A model generated the notes under the pieces. The model had not been told where the DNA came from and made no database searches. It saw only the letters and a list, made by a program, of their open reading frames with translations. A stretch of DNA of 64,000 nucleotides, taken from NCBI RefSeq assembly GCF_009914755.1, contig NC_060929.1. One strand, 5' to 3'. The position numbers were made by a program, and so were the translations under genes. Positions 28,501 through 42,900 of this stretch are shown here, piece after piece. This DNA is from the human T2T-CHM13v2.0 reference genome, Homo sapiens. The first letter of the stretch is position 1. Every line of letters starts with the position of its first letter.

Positions 28501-29375
28501 TTCAGCAGTTTGGAAACACTCTGTTTGTAAAGTCTGCACGTGGATAATTTGACCACTTAGAGGCCTTCGTTGGAAACGGGTTTTTTTCATGTAAGGCTAG
28601 ACAGAAGAATTCTCAGTAACTTCCTTGTGTTGTGTGTATTCAACTCACACAGTTGAACGATCCTTTACACAGAGCAGACTTGTAACACTCTTTTTGTGGA
28701 ATTTGCAAGTGGAGATTTCAGCCGCTTTGAAGTCAAAGGTAGAAAAGGAAATATCTTCCTATAAAAACTAGACAGAATGATTCTCAGAAACTCCTTTGTG
28801 ATGTGTGCGTTCAACTCACAGAGTTTAACCTTTCTTTTCATAGAGCAGTTAGGAAACACTCTGCTTGTAAAGTCTGCAAGTGGATATTCAGCCCTCTTTG
28901 AGGCCTTCGTTGGAAACGGGTTTTTTTCATATAAGGCTAGACAGAAGAATTCCCAGTAACTTCCTTGTGTTGTGTGTGTTCAACTCACAGAGTTGAACTT
29001 TGATTTACACAGAGCAGATTTGAAACACTCTTTTTGTGGAATTTGCAAGTGGAGATTTCAAGCGCTTTGAGGCCAAAGGCAGAAAAGGAAATACCTTCGT
29101 ATAAAAACTAGACAGAATCATTCTCAGAAACTGCTCTGCGATGTGTGCGTTCAACTCTCAGAGTTTAACTTTTCTTTTCATTCAGCAGTTTGGAAACACT
29201 CTGTTTGTAAAGTCTGCACGTGGATATTTTGACCACTTAGAGGCCTTCGTTGGAAACGGGTTTTTTTCCTGTAAGGCTAGACAGAAGAATTCCCAGTAAC
29301 TTCCTTGTGTTGTGTACATTCAACTCACAGAGTTGAACGTTCCCTTAGACAGAGCAGATTTGAAACACTCTTTTT
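22580..29375 (+). repeat. Tandem pair of near-identical 20-mer HORs (3398-bp period)
   Basis: ORF tracks are identical at a 3398 offset. The private variant gaggacaaagg is at ~24313 and ~27711. Confidence 0.85.
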
Positions 29376-32300
29376 GTGCAATTGGCAAGTGGAGATTTCA
29401 AGCGCTTTAAGGTCAATGGCAGAAAAGGAAATATCTTCGTTTCAAAACTAGAGAGAATCATTCCCAAAAACTGCGTTGTGATGTGTTCGTTCATCTCACA
29501 GAGTTTAACCTTTCTTTTCATAGAGCAGTTAGGAAACACTCTGTTTGTAAATTCTGTAAGTGGATATTCTGACATCTTGTGGCCTTCGTTGGAAACGGGA
29601 TTTCTTCATATTCTGCTAGACAGAAGAATTCTCAGAATCTTCCTTGTGTTGTGTGTATTCAACTCACAGAGTTGAACGATGGTTTACACAGAGCAGATTT
29701 GAAACACTCTTTTTGTGGAATTTGCAAGTGGAGATTTCAGCCGCTTTGAGGTCAATGGTAGAAAAGGAAATATCTTCGTATAAAAACTAGACAGAATGAT
29801 TCTCAGAAACTTCTTTGTGATGTGTGCGTTCAACTCACAGAGTTTAACCTTTCTTTTCATAGAGCAGTTAGGAAACACTCTGTTTGTAAACTCTGCAAGT
29901 GGATATTCAGACCTCTTTGAGGCCTTCGTTGGAAACGGGATTTCTTCATACTGTGCTAGACAGAAGAATTCTCAGTAACTTCCTTGTGTTGTGTGTATTC
30001 AACTCACAGAGTTGAACGATCCTTTACACAGAGCGGACTTGAAACACTCTTTTTGTGGAATTTGCAAGTGGAGATTTCAGCCGCGTTGAGGTCAATGGTA
30101 GAAAAGGAAATATCTTCGTATAAAAACTAGACAGAATGATTCTCAGAAACTCCTTTGAGATGTGTGTGTTCAACTCACAGAGTTTAACCTTTCTTTTCAT
30201 AGAGCAGTTAGGAATCACTCTGTTTGTAAAGTCTGCAAGTGGATATTCAGACCTCTTTGAGGCCTTCGTTGGAAACGGGTTTTTTTCATATAAGGCTAGA
30301 CAGAAGAATTCCCAGTAACTTCCTTGTGTTGTGTGTGTTCAACTCACAGAGTTGAACTTTCATTTACACAGAGCAGATTTGAAACACTCTTTTTGTGGAA
30401 TTTGCAAGTGGAGATTTCAAGCGCTTTGAGGCCAAAGGCAGAAAAGGAAATATCTTCGTATAAAAACTAGACAGAATCATTCTCAGAGACTGCTCTGTGA
30501 TGTGTGCGTTCAACTCTCAGAGTTTAACTTTTCTTTTCATTCAGCAGTTTGGAAACACTCTGTTTGTAAAGTCTGCACGTGGATAATTTGACCACTTAGA
30601 GGCCTTCGTTGGAAACGGGTTTTTTTCATGTAAGGCTAGACAGAAGAGTTCTCAGTAACTTCCTTGTGTTGTGTGTATTCAACTCACACAGTTGAACGAT
30701 CCTTTACAGAGAGCAGACTTGTAACACTCTTTTTGTGGAATTTGCAAGTGGAGATTTCAGCCGCTTTGAAGTCAAAGTAGAAAAGGAAATATCTTCCTAT
30801 AAAAACAAGACAGAATGATTCTCAGAAACTCCTTTGTGATGTGTGCGTTCAACTCACAGAGTTTAACCTTTCTTTTCATAGAGCAGTTAGGAAACACTCT
30901 GTTTGTAAAGTCTGCAAGTGGATATTCAGACCTCTTTGAGGCCTTCGTTGGAAACGGGTTTTTTTCATATAAGGCTAGACAGAAGAATTCCCAGTAACTT
31001 CCTTGTGTTGTGTGTGTTCAACTCACAGAGTTGAACTTTCATTTACACAGAGCAGATTTGAAACACTCTTTTTGTGGAATTTGCAGGTGGAGATTTCAAG
31101 CGCTTTGAGGCCAAAGGCAGAAAAGGAAATATCTTCGTATAAAAACTAGACAGAATCATTCTCAGAAACTGCTCTGCGATGTGTGCGTTCAACTCTCAGA
31201 GTTTAACTTTTCTTTTCATTCAGCAGTTTGGAAACACTCTGTTTGTAAAGTCTGCACGTGGATAATTTGACCACTTAGAGGCCTTCGTTGGAAACGGGTT
31301 TTTTTCATGTAAGGCTAGACAGAAGAATTCTCAGTAACTTCCTTGTGTTGTGTGTATTCAACTCACAGAGTTGAACGATCCTTTACATAGAGCAGACTTG
31401 TAACACTCTTTTTGTGGAATTTGCAAGTGGAGATTTCAGCCGCTTTGAAGTCAAAGGTAGAAAAGGAAATATCTTCCTATAAAAACTAGACAGAATGATT
31501 CTCAGAAACTCCTTTGTGATGTGTGCCTTCAACTCACAGAGTTTAACCTTTCTTTTCATAGAGCAGTTAGGAAACACTCTGCTTGTAAAGTCTGCAAGTG
31601 GATATTCAGCCCTCTTTGAGGCCTTCGTTGGAAACGGGTTTTTTTCATATAAGGCTAGACAGAAGAATTCCCAGTAACTTCCTTGTGTTGTGTGTGTTCA
31701 ACTCACAGAGTTGAACTTTCATTTACACAGAGCAGATTTGAAACACTCTTTTTGTGGAATTTGCAAGTGGAGATTTCAAGCGCTTTGAGGCCAAAGGCAG
31801 AAAAGGAAATATCTTCGTATAAAAACTAGACAGAATCATTCTCAGAAACTGCTCTGCGATGTGTGCGTTCAACTCTCAGAGTTTAACTTTTCTTTTCATT
31901 CAGCAGTTTGGAAACACTCTGTTTGTAAAGTCTGCACGTGGATATTTTGACCACTTAGAGGCCTTCGTTGGAAACGGGTTTTTTTCCTGTAAGGCTAGAC
32001 AGAAGAATTCCCAGTAACTTCCTTGTGTTGTGTACATTCAACTCACAGAGTTGAACGTTCCCTTAGACAGAGCAGATTTGAAACACTCTTTTTGTGCAAT
32101 TGGCAAGTGGAGATTTCAAGCGCTTTGAGGTCAATGGCAGAAAAGGAAATATCTTCGTTTCAAAACTAGACAGAATCATTCCCACAAACTGCGTTGTGAT
32201 GTGTTCGTTCAACTCACAGAGTTTAACCTTTCTTTTCATAGAGCAGTTAGGAAACAGTCTATTTGAAAATTCTGTAAGTGGATATTCTGACATCTTGTGG

Positions 32301-34812
32301 CCTTCGTTGGAAACGGGATTTCTTCATATTCTGCTAGACAGAAGAATTCTCAGAATCTTCCTTGTGTTGTGTGTATTCAACTCACAGAGTTGAACGATGG
32401 TTTACACAGAGCAGATTTGAAACACTCATTTGGTGGAATTTGCAAGTGGAGATTTCAGCCGCTTTGAGGTCAATGGTAGAAAAGGAAATATCTTCGTATA
32501 ACAACTAGACAGAATGATTCTCAGAAACTTCTTTGTGATGTGTGTGTTCAACTCACAGAGTTTAACCTTTCTTTTCATAGAGCAGTTAGGAAACACTGTG
32601 TTTTTAAACTCTGCAAGTGGATATTCAGACCTCTTTGAGGCCTTCGTTGGAAACGGGATTTCTTCATACTGTGCTAGACAGAAGAATTCTCAGTAACTTC
32701 CTTGTGTTGTGTGTATTCAACTCACAGAGTTGAACGATCCTTTACACAGAGCAGACTTGAAACACTCTTTTTGTGGAATTTGCAAGTGGAGATTTCAGCC
32801 GCGTTGAGGTCAATGGTAGAAAAGGAAATATCTTCGTATAAAAACTAGACAGAATGATTCTCAGAAACTCCTTTGTGATGTGTGTGTTCAACTCACAGAG
32901 TTTAACATTTCTTTTCATAGAGCAGTTAGGAAACACTCTGTTTGTAAAGTCTGCAAGTGGATATTCAGACCTCTTTGAGGCCTTCGTTGGAAACGGGTTT
33001 TTTTCATATAAGGCTAGACAGAAGAATTCCCAGTAACTTCCTTGTGTTGTGTGTGTTCAACTCACAGAGTTGAACTTTCATTTACACAGAGCAGATTTGA
33101 AACACTCTTTTTGTGGAATTTGCAAATGGAGATTTCAAGCGCTTTGAGGCCAAAGGCAGAAAAGGAAATATCTTCGTAGAAAAACTAGACAGAATCATTC
33201 TCAGAAACTGCTCTGCGATGTGTGCGTTCAACTCTCAGAGTTTAACTTTTCTTTTCATTCAGCAGTTTGGAAACACTCTGTTTGTAAAGTCTGCACGTGG
33301 ATAATTTGACCACTTAGAGGCCTTCGTTGGAAACGGGTTTTTTTCATGTAAGGCTAGACAGAAGAATTCTCAGTAACTTCCTTGTGTTGTGTGTATTCAA
33401 CTCACAGAGTTGAACGATCCTTTACACAGAGCAGACTTGTAACACTCTTTTTGTGGAATTTGCAAGTGGAGATTTCAGCCGCTTTGAAGTCAAAGGTAGA
33501 AAAGGAAATATCTTCCTATAAAAACTAGACAGAATGATTCTCAGAAACTCCTTTGTGATGTGTACGTTCAACTCACAGAGTTTAACCTTTCTTTTCATAG
33601 AGCAGTTAGGAAACACTCTGTTTGTAAAGTCTGCAAGTGGATATTGAGACCTCTTTGAGGCCTTCGTTGGAAACGGGTTTTTTTCATATAAGGCTAGACA
33701 GAAGGATTCCCAGTAACTTCCTTGTGTTGTGTGTGTTCAACTCACAGAGTTGAACTTTCATTTACAATGAGCAGATTTGAAACACTCTTTTTGTGGAATT
33801 TGCAAGTGGAGATTTCAAGCGCTTTGAGGCCAAAGGCAGAAAAGGAAATATCTTCGTATAAAAACTAGACAGAATCATTCTCAGAAACTGCTCTGCGATG
33901 TGTGCGTTCAACTCTCAGAGTTTAACTTTTCTTTTCATTCAGCAGTTTGGAAACACTCTGTTTGTAACGTCTGCACGTGAATAATTTGACCACTTAGAGG
34001 CCTTCGTTGGAAACGGGTTTTTTTCATGTAAGGCTAGACAGAAGAATTCTCAGTAACTTCCTTGTGTTGTGTGTATTCAACTCACAGAGTTGAACGATCC
34101 TTTACACAGAGCAGACTTGTAACACTCTTTTTGTGGAATTTGCAAGTGGAGATTTCAGCCGCTTTGAAGTCAAAGGTAGAAAAGGAAATATCTTCCTATA
34201 AAAACTAGACAGAATGATTCTCAGAAACTCCTTTGTGATGTGTGCGTTCAACTCACAGAGTTTAACCTTTCTTTTCATAGAGCAGTTAGGAAACACTCTG
34301 CTTGTAAAGTCTGCAAGTGGATATTCAGCCCTCTTTGAGGCCTTCGTTGGAAACGGGTTTTTTTCATATAAGGCTAGACAGAAGAATTACCCGTAACTTC
34401 CTTGTGTTGTGTGTGTTCAACTCACAGAGTTGAACTTTCATTTACACAGAGCAGATTTGAAACACTCTTTTTGTGGAATTTGCAAGTGGAGATTTCAAGC
34501 GCTTTGAGGCCAAAGGCAGAAAAGGAAATATCTTCGTATAAAAACTAGACAGAATCATTCTCAGAAGCTGCTCTGCGATGTGTGCGTTCAACTCTCAGAG
34601 TTTAACTTTTCTTTTCATTCAGCAGTTTGGAAACACTCTGTTTGTAAAGTCTGCACGTGGATATTTTAACCACTTAGGGGCCTTCGTTGGAAACGGGTTT
34701 TTTTCCTGTAAGGCTAGACAGAAGAATTCCCAGTAACTTCCTTGTGTTGTGTACATTCAACTCACAGAGTTGAACGTTCCCTTAGACAGAGCAGATTTGA
34801 AACACTCTTTTT

Positions 34813-36510
34813 GTGCAATTGGCAAGTGGAGATTTCAAGCGCTTTGAGGTCAATGGCAGAAAAGGAAATATCTTCGTTTCAAAACTAGACAGAATCATTC
34901 CCACAAACTGCGTTGTGATGTGTTCGTTCAACTCACAGAGTTTAACCTTTCTTTTCATAGAGCAGTTAGGAAACAGTCTGTTTGAAAATTCTGTAAGTGG
35001 ATATTCTGACATCTTGTGGCCTTCGTTGGAAACGGGATTTCTTCATATTCTGCTAGACAGAAGAATTCTCAGAATCTTCCTTGTGTTGTGTGTATTCAAC
35101 TCACAGAGTTGAACGATGGTTTACACAGAGCAGATTTGAAACACTCATTTGGTGGAATTTGCAAGTGGAGATTTCAGCCGCTTTGAGGTCAATGGTAGAA
35201 AAGGAAATATCTTCGTATAACAACTAGACAGAATGATTCTCAGAAACTTCTTTGTGATGTGTGTGTTCAACTCACAGAGTTTAACCTTTCTTTTCATAGA
35301 GCAGTTAGGAAACACTGTGTTTTTAAACTCTGCAAGTGGATATTCAGACCTCTTTGAGGCCTTCGTTGGAAACGGGTTTCTTCATACTGTGCTAGACAGA
35401 AGAATTCCCAGTAACTTCCTTGTGTTGTGTGTGTTCAACTCACAGAGTTGAACTTTCATTTACACAGAGCAGATTTGAAACACTCTTTTTGTGGAATTTG
35501 CAGGTGGAGATTTCAAGCGCTTTGAGGCCAAAGGCAGAAAAGGAAATATCTTCGTATAAAAACTAGACAGAATCATTCTCAGAAACTGCTCTGCGATGTG
35601 TGCGTTCAACTCTCAGAGTTTAACTTTTCTTTTCATTCAGCAGTTTGGAAACACTCTGTTTGTAAAGTCTGCACGTGGATAATTTGACCACTTAGAGGCC
35701 TTCGTTGGAAACGGGTTTTTTTCATGTAAGGCTAGACAGAAGAATTCTCAGTAACTTCCTTGTGTTGTGTGTATTCAACTCACAGAGTTGAACGATCCTT
35801 TACATAGAGCAGACTTGTAACACTCTTTTTGTGGAATTTGCAAGTGGAGATTTCAGCCGCTTTGAAGTCAAAGGTAGAAAAGGAAATATCTTCCTATAAA
35901 AACTAGACAGAATGATTCTCAGAAACTCCTTTGTGATGTGTGCGTTCAACTCACAGAGTTTAACCTTTCTTTTCATAGAGCAGTTAGGAAACACTCTGCT
36001 TGTAAAGTCTGCAAGTGGATATTCAGCCCTCTTTGAGGCCTTCGTTGGAAACGGGTTTTTTTCATATAAGGCTAGACAGAAGAATTCCCAGTAACTTCCT
36101 TGTGTTGTGTGTGTTCAACTCACAGAGTTGAACTTTCATTTACACAGAGCAGATTTGAAACACTCTTTTTGTGGAATTTGCAAGTGGAGATTTCAAGCGC
36201 TTTGAGGCCAAAGGCAGAAAAGGAAATATCTTCGTATAAAAACTAGACAGAATCATTCTCAGAAACTGCTCTGCGATGTGTGCGTTCAACTCTCAGAGTT
36301 TAACTTTTCTTTTCATTCAGCAGTTTGGAAACACTCTGTTTGTAAAGTCTGCACGTGGATATTTTGACCACTTAGAGGCCTTCGTTGGAAACGGGTTTTT
36401 TTCCTGTAAGGCTAGACAGAAGAATTCCCAGTAACTTCCTTGTGTTGTGTACATTCAACTCACAGAGTTGAACGTTCCCTTAGACAGAGCAGATTTGAAA
36501 CACTCTTTTT
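34813..36510 (+). repeat. 10-mer structural variant A-B-D-C-D, 1698 bp
   Basis: Marker spacing is 1698 bp. The B dimer end (catactgtgctag, ~35385) runs directly into D-type sequence (attcccag...aactttcatt). Confidence 0.85.
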
Positions 36511-39500
36511 GTGCAATTGGCAAGTGGAGATTTCAAGCGCTTTGAGGTCAATGGCAGAAAAGGAAATATCTTCGTTTCAAAACTAGACAGAATCATTCCC
36601 ACAAACTGCGTTGTGATGTGTTCGTTCAACTCACAGAGTTTAACCTTTCTTTTCATAGAGCAGTTAGGAAACAGTCTATTTGAAAATTCTGTAAGTGGAT
36701 ATTCTGACATCTTGTGGCCTTCGTTGGAAACGGGATTTCTTCATATTCTGCTAGACAGAAGAATTCTCAGAATCTTCCTTGTGTTGTGTGTATTCAACTC
36801 ACAGAGTTGAACGATGGTTTACACAGAGCAGATTTGAAACACTCATTTGGTGGAATTTGCAAGTGGAGATTTCAGCCGCTTTGAGGTCAATGGTAGAAAA
36901 GGAAATATCTTCGTATAACAACTAGACAGAATGATTCTCAGAAACTTCTTTGTGATGTGTGTGTTCAACTCACAGAGTTTAACCTTTCTTTTCATAGAGC
37001 AGTTAGGAAACACTGTGTTTTTAAACTCTGCAAGTGGATATTCAGACCTCTTTGAGGCCTTCGTTGGAAACGGGATTTCTTCATACTGTGCTAGACAGAA
37101 GAATTCTCAGTAACTTCCTTGTGTTGTGTGTATTCAACTCACAGAGTTGAACGATCCTTTACACAGAGCAGACTTGAAACACTCTTTTTGTGGAATTTGC
37201 AAGTGGAGATTTCAGCCGCGTTGAGGTCAATGGTAGAAAAGGAAATATCTTCGTATAAAAACTAGACAGAATGATTCTCAGAAACTCCTTTGTGATGTGT
37301 GTGTTCAACTCACAGAGTTTAACATTTCTTTTCATAGAGCAGTTAGGAAACACTCTGTTTGTAAAGTCTGCAAGTGGATATTCAGACCTCTTTGAGGCCT
37401 TCGTTGGAAACGGGTTTTTTTCATATAAGGCTAGACAGAAGAATTCCCAGTAACTTCCTTGTGTTGTGTGTGTTCAACTCACAGAGTTGAACTTTCATTT
37501 ACACAGAGCAGATTTGAAACACTCTTTTTGTGGAATTTGCAAATGGAGATTTCAAGCGCTTTGAGGCCAAAGGCAGAAAAGGAAATATCTTCGTAGAAAA
37601 ACTAGACAGAATCATTCTCAGAAACTGCTCTGCGATGTGTGCGTTCAACTCTCAGAGTTTAACTTTTCTTTTCATTCAGCAGTTTGGAAACACTCTGTTT
37701 GTAAAGTCTGCACGTGGATAATTTGACCACTTAGAGGCCTTCGTTGGAAACGGGTTTTTTTCATGTAAGGCTAGACAGAAGAATTCTCAGTAACTTCCTT
37801 GTGTTGTGTGTATTCAACTCACAGAGTTGAACGATCCTTTACACAGAGCAGACTTGTAACACTCTTTTTGTGGAATTTGCAAGTGGAGATTTCAGCCGCT
37901 TTGAAGTCAAAGGTAGAAAAGGAAATATCTTCCTATAAAAACTAGACAGAATGATTCTCAGAAACTCCTTTGTGATGTGTACGTTCAACTCACAGAGTTT
38001 AACCTTTCTTTTCATAGAGCAGTTAGGAAACACTCTGTTTGTAAAGTCTGCAAGTGGATATTGAGACCTCTTTGAGGCCTTCGTTGGAAACGGGTTTTTT
38101 TCATATAAGGCTAGACAGAAGGATTCCCAGTAACTTCCTTGTGTTGTGTGTGTTCAACTCACAGAGTTGAACTTTCATTTACAATGAGCAGATTTGAAAC
38201 ACTCTTTTTGTGGAATTTGCAAGTGGAGATTTCAAGCGCTTTGAGGCCAAAGGCAGAAAAGGAAATATCTTCGTAGAAAAACTAGACAGAATCATTCTCA
38301 GAAACTGCTCTGCGATGTGTGCGTTCAACTCTCAGAGTTTAACTTTTCTTTTCATTCAGCAGTTTGGAAACACTCTGTTTGTAAAGTCTGCACGTGGATA
38401 ATTTGACCACTTAGAGGCCTTCGTTGGAAACGGGTTTTTTTCATGTAAGGCTAGACAGAAGAATTCTCAGTAACTTCCTTGTGTTGTGTGTATTCAACTC
38501 ACAGAGTTGAACGATCCTTTACACAGAGCAGACTTGTAACACTCTTTTTGTGGAATTTGCAAGTGGAGATTTCAGCCGCTTTGAAGTCAAAGGTAGAAAA
38601 GGAAATATCTTCCTATAAAAACTAGACAGAATGATTCTCAGAAACTCCTTTGTGATGTGTACGTTCAACTCACAGAGTTTAACCTTTGTTTTCATAGAGC
38701 AGTTAGGAAACACTCTGTTTGTAAAGTCTGCAAGTGGATATTCAGACCTCTTTGAGGCCTTCGTTGGAAACGGGTTTTTTTCATATAAGGCTAGACAGAA
38801 GGATTCCCAGTAACTTCCTTGTGTTGTGTGTGTTCAACTCACAGAGTTGAACTTTCATTTACAAAGAGCAGATTTGAAACACTCTTTTTGTGGAATTTGC
38901 AAGTGGAGATTTCAAGCGCTTTGAGGCCAAAGGCAGAAAAGGAAATATCTTCGTATAAAAACTAGACAGAATCATTCTCAGAAACTGCTCTGCGATGTGT
39001 GCGTTCAACTCTCAGAGTTTAACTTTTCTTTTCATTCAGCAGTTTGGAAACACTCTGTTTGTAAAGTCTGCACGTGGATAATTTGACCACTTAGAGGCCT
39101 TCGTTGGAAACGGGTTTTTTTCATGTAAGGCTAGACAGAAGAATTCTCAGTAACTTCCTTGTGTTGTGTGTATTCAACTCACAGAGTTGAACGATCCTTT
39201 ACACAGAGCAGACTTGTAACACTCTTTTTGTGGAATTTGCAAGTGGAGATTTCAGCCGCTTTGAAGTCAAAGGTAGAAAAGGAAATATCTTCCTATAAAA
39301 ACTAGACAGAATGATTCTCAGAAACTCCTTTGTGATGTGTGCGTTCAACTCACAGAGTTTAACCTTTCTTTTCATAGAGCAGTTAGGAAACACTCTGCTT
39401 GTAAAGTCTGCAAGTGGATATTCAGCCCTCTTTGAGGCCTTCGTTGGAAACGGGTTTTTTTCATATAAGGCTAGACAGAAGAATTCCCAGTAACTTCCTT

Positions 39501-39909
39501 GTGTTGTGTGTGTTCAACTCACAGAGTTGAACTTTGATTTACACAGAGCAGATTTGAAACACTCTTTTTGTGGAATTTGCAAGTGGAGATTTCAAGCGCT
39601 TTGAGGCCAAAGGCAGAAAAGGAAATATCTTCGTATAAAAACTAGACAGAATCATTCTCAGAAACTGCTCTGCGATGTGTGCGTTCAACTCTCAGAGTTT
39701 AACTTTTCTTTTCATTCAGCAGTTTGGAAACACTCTGTTTGTAAAGTCTGCACGTGGATATTTTGACCACTTAGAGGCCTTCGTTGGAAACGGGTTTTTT
39801 TCCTGTAAGGCTAGACAGAAGAATTCCCAGTACCTTCCTTGTGTTGTGTACATTCCACTCACAGAGTTGAACGTTCCCTTAGACAGAGCAGATTTGAAAC
39901 ACTCTTTTT

Positions 39910-42900
39910 GTGCAATTGGCAAGTGGAGATTTCAAGCGCTTTAAGGTCAATGGCAGAAAAGGAAATATCTTCGTTTCAAAACTAGACAGAATCATTCCCA
40001 AAAACTGCGTTGTGATGTGTTCGTTCATCTCACAGAGTTTAACCTTTCTTTTCATAGAGCAGTTAGGAAACAGTCTGTTTGTAAATTCTGTAAGTGGATA
40101 TTCTGACATCTTGTGGCCTTCGTTGGAAACGGGATTTCTTCATATTCTGCTAGACAGAAGAATTCTCAGAATCTTCCTTGTGTGGTGTGTATTCAACTCA
40201 CAGAGTTGAACGATGGTTTACACAGAGCAGATTTGAAACACTCTTTTTGTGGAATTTGCAAGTGGAGATTTCAGCCGCTTTGAGGTCAATGGTAGAAAAG
40301 GAAATATCTTCGTATAAAAACTAGACAGAATGATTCTCAGAAACTTCTTTGTGATGTGTGCGTTCAACTCACAGAGTTTAACCTTTCTTTTCATAGAGTA
40401 GTTAGGAAACACTCTGTTTGTAAACTCTGCAAGTGGATATTCAGACCTCTTTGAGGCCTTCGTTGGAAACGGGATTTCTTCATACTGTGCTAGACAGAAG
40501 AATTCTCAGTAACTTCCTTGTGTTGTGTGTATTCAACTCACAGAGTTGACCGATCCTTTACACAGAGCAGACTTGTGAAACTCTTTTTGTGGAATTTGCA
40601 AGTGGAGATTTCAGCCGCTTTGAAGTCAAAGGTAGAAAAGGGAATATCTTCCTATAAAAACTAGACAGAATGATTCTCAGAAACTCCTTTGTGATGTGTG
40701 CGTTCAACTCACAGAGTTTAACCTTTCTTTTCATAGAGCAGTTAGGAAACACTCTGTTTGTAAAGTCTGCAAGTGGATATTCAGACCTCTTTGAGGCCTT
40801 CGTTGGAAACGGGTTTTTTTCATATAAGGCTAGAGAGAAGAATTCCCAGTAACTTCCTTGTGTTGTGTGTGTTCAACTCACAGAGTTGAACTTTGATTTA
40901 CACAGAGCAGATTTGAAACACTCTTTTTGTGGAATTTGCAAGTGGAGATTTCAAGCGCTGTGAGGCCAAAGGCAGAAAAGGAAATATCTTCGTATAAAAA
41001 CTAGACAGAATCATTCTCAGAAACTGCTCTGCGATGTGTGCGTTCAACTCTCAGAGTTTAACTTTTCTTTTCATTCAGCAGTTTGGAAACACTCTGTTTG
41101 TAAAGTCTGCACGTGGATAATTTGACCACTTAGAGGCCTTCGTTGGAAACGGGTTTTTTTCATGTAAGGCTAGACAGAAGAATTCTCAGTAACATCCTTG
41201 TGTTGTGTGTATTCAACTCACACAGTTGAACGATCCTTTACACAGAGCAGACTTGTAACACTCTTTTTGTGGAATTTGCAAGTGGAGATTTCAGCCGCTT
41301 TGAAGTCAAATGTAGAAAAGGAAATATCTTCCTATAAAAACTAGACAGAATGATTCTCAGAAACTCCTTTGTGATGTGTGCGTTCAACTCACAGAGTTTA
41401 ACCTTTCTTTTCATAGAGCAGTTAGGAAACACTCTGTTTGTAAAGTCTGCAAGTGGATATTCAGACCTCTTTGAGGCCTTCGTTGGAAACGGGTTTTTTT
41501 CATATAAGGCTAGACAGAAGAATTCCCAGTAACTTCCTTGTGTTGTGTGTGTTCAACTCACAGAGTTGAACTTTCATTTACACAGAGCAGATTTGAAACA
41601 CTCTTTTTGTGGAATTTGCAAGTGGAGATTTCAAGCGCTTTGAGGCCAAAGGCAGAAAAGGAAATATCTTCGTATAAAAACTAGACAGAATCATTCTCAG
41701 AAACTGCTCTGTGATGTGTGCGTTCAACTCTCAGAGTTTAACTTTTCTTTTCATTCAGCAGTTTGGAAACACTCTGTTTGTAAAGTCTGCACGTGGATAA
41801 TTTGACCACTTAGAGGCCTTCGTTGGAAACGGGTTTTTTTCATGTAAGGCTAGACAGAAGAGTTCTCAGTAACTTCCTTGTGTTGTGTGTATTCAACTCA
41901 CAGAGTTGAACGATCCTTTACACAGAGCAGACTTGTAACACTCTTTTTGTGGAATTTGCAAGTGGAGATTTCAGCCGCTTTGAAGTCAAAGTAGAAAAGG
42001 AAATATCTTCCTATAAAAACTAGACAGAATGATTCTCAGAAACTCCTTTGTGATGTGTGCGTTCAACTCACAGAGTTTAACCTTTCTTTTCATAGAGCAG
42101 TTAGGAAACACTCTGTTTGTAAAGTCTGCAAGTGGATATTCAGACCTCTTTGAGGCCTTCGTTGGAAACGGGTTTTTTTCATATAAGGCTAGACAGAAGA
42201 ATTCCCAGTAACTTCCTTGTGTTGTGTGTGTTCAACTCACAGAGTTGAACTTTCATTTACACAGAGCAGATTTGAAACACTCTTTTTGTGGAATTTGCAA
42301 GTGGAGATTTCAAGCGCTTTGAGGCCAAAGGCAGAAAAGGAAATATCTTCGTATAAAAACTAGACAGAATGATTCTCAGAAACTTCTTTGTGATGTGTGC
42401 GTTCAACTCACAGAGTTTAACCTTTCTTTTCATAGAGCAGTTAGGAAAAACTCTGTTTGTAAACTCTGCAAGTGGATATTCAGACCTCTTTGAGGCCTTC
42501 GTTGGAAACGGGATTTCTTCATACTGTGCTAGACAGAAGAATTCTCAGTAACTTCCTTGTGTTGTGTGTATTCAACTCACAGAGTTGAACGATCCTTTAC
42601 ACAGAGCAGACTTGGAACACTCTTTTTGTGGAATTTGCAAGTGGAGATTTCAGCCGCGTTGAGGTCAATGGTAGAAAAGGAAATATCTTCGTATAAAAAC
42701 TAGACAGAATGATTCTCAGAAACTCCTTTGAGATGTGTGTGTTCAACTCACAGAGTTTAACCTTTCTTTTCATAGAGCAGTTAGGAATCACTCTGTTTGT
42801 AAAGTCTGCAAGTGGATATTCAGACCTCTTTGAGGCCTTCGTTGGAAACGGGTTTTTTTCATATAAGGCTAGACAGCAGAATTCCCAGTAACTTCCTTGT

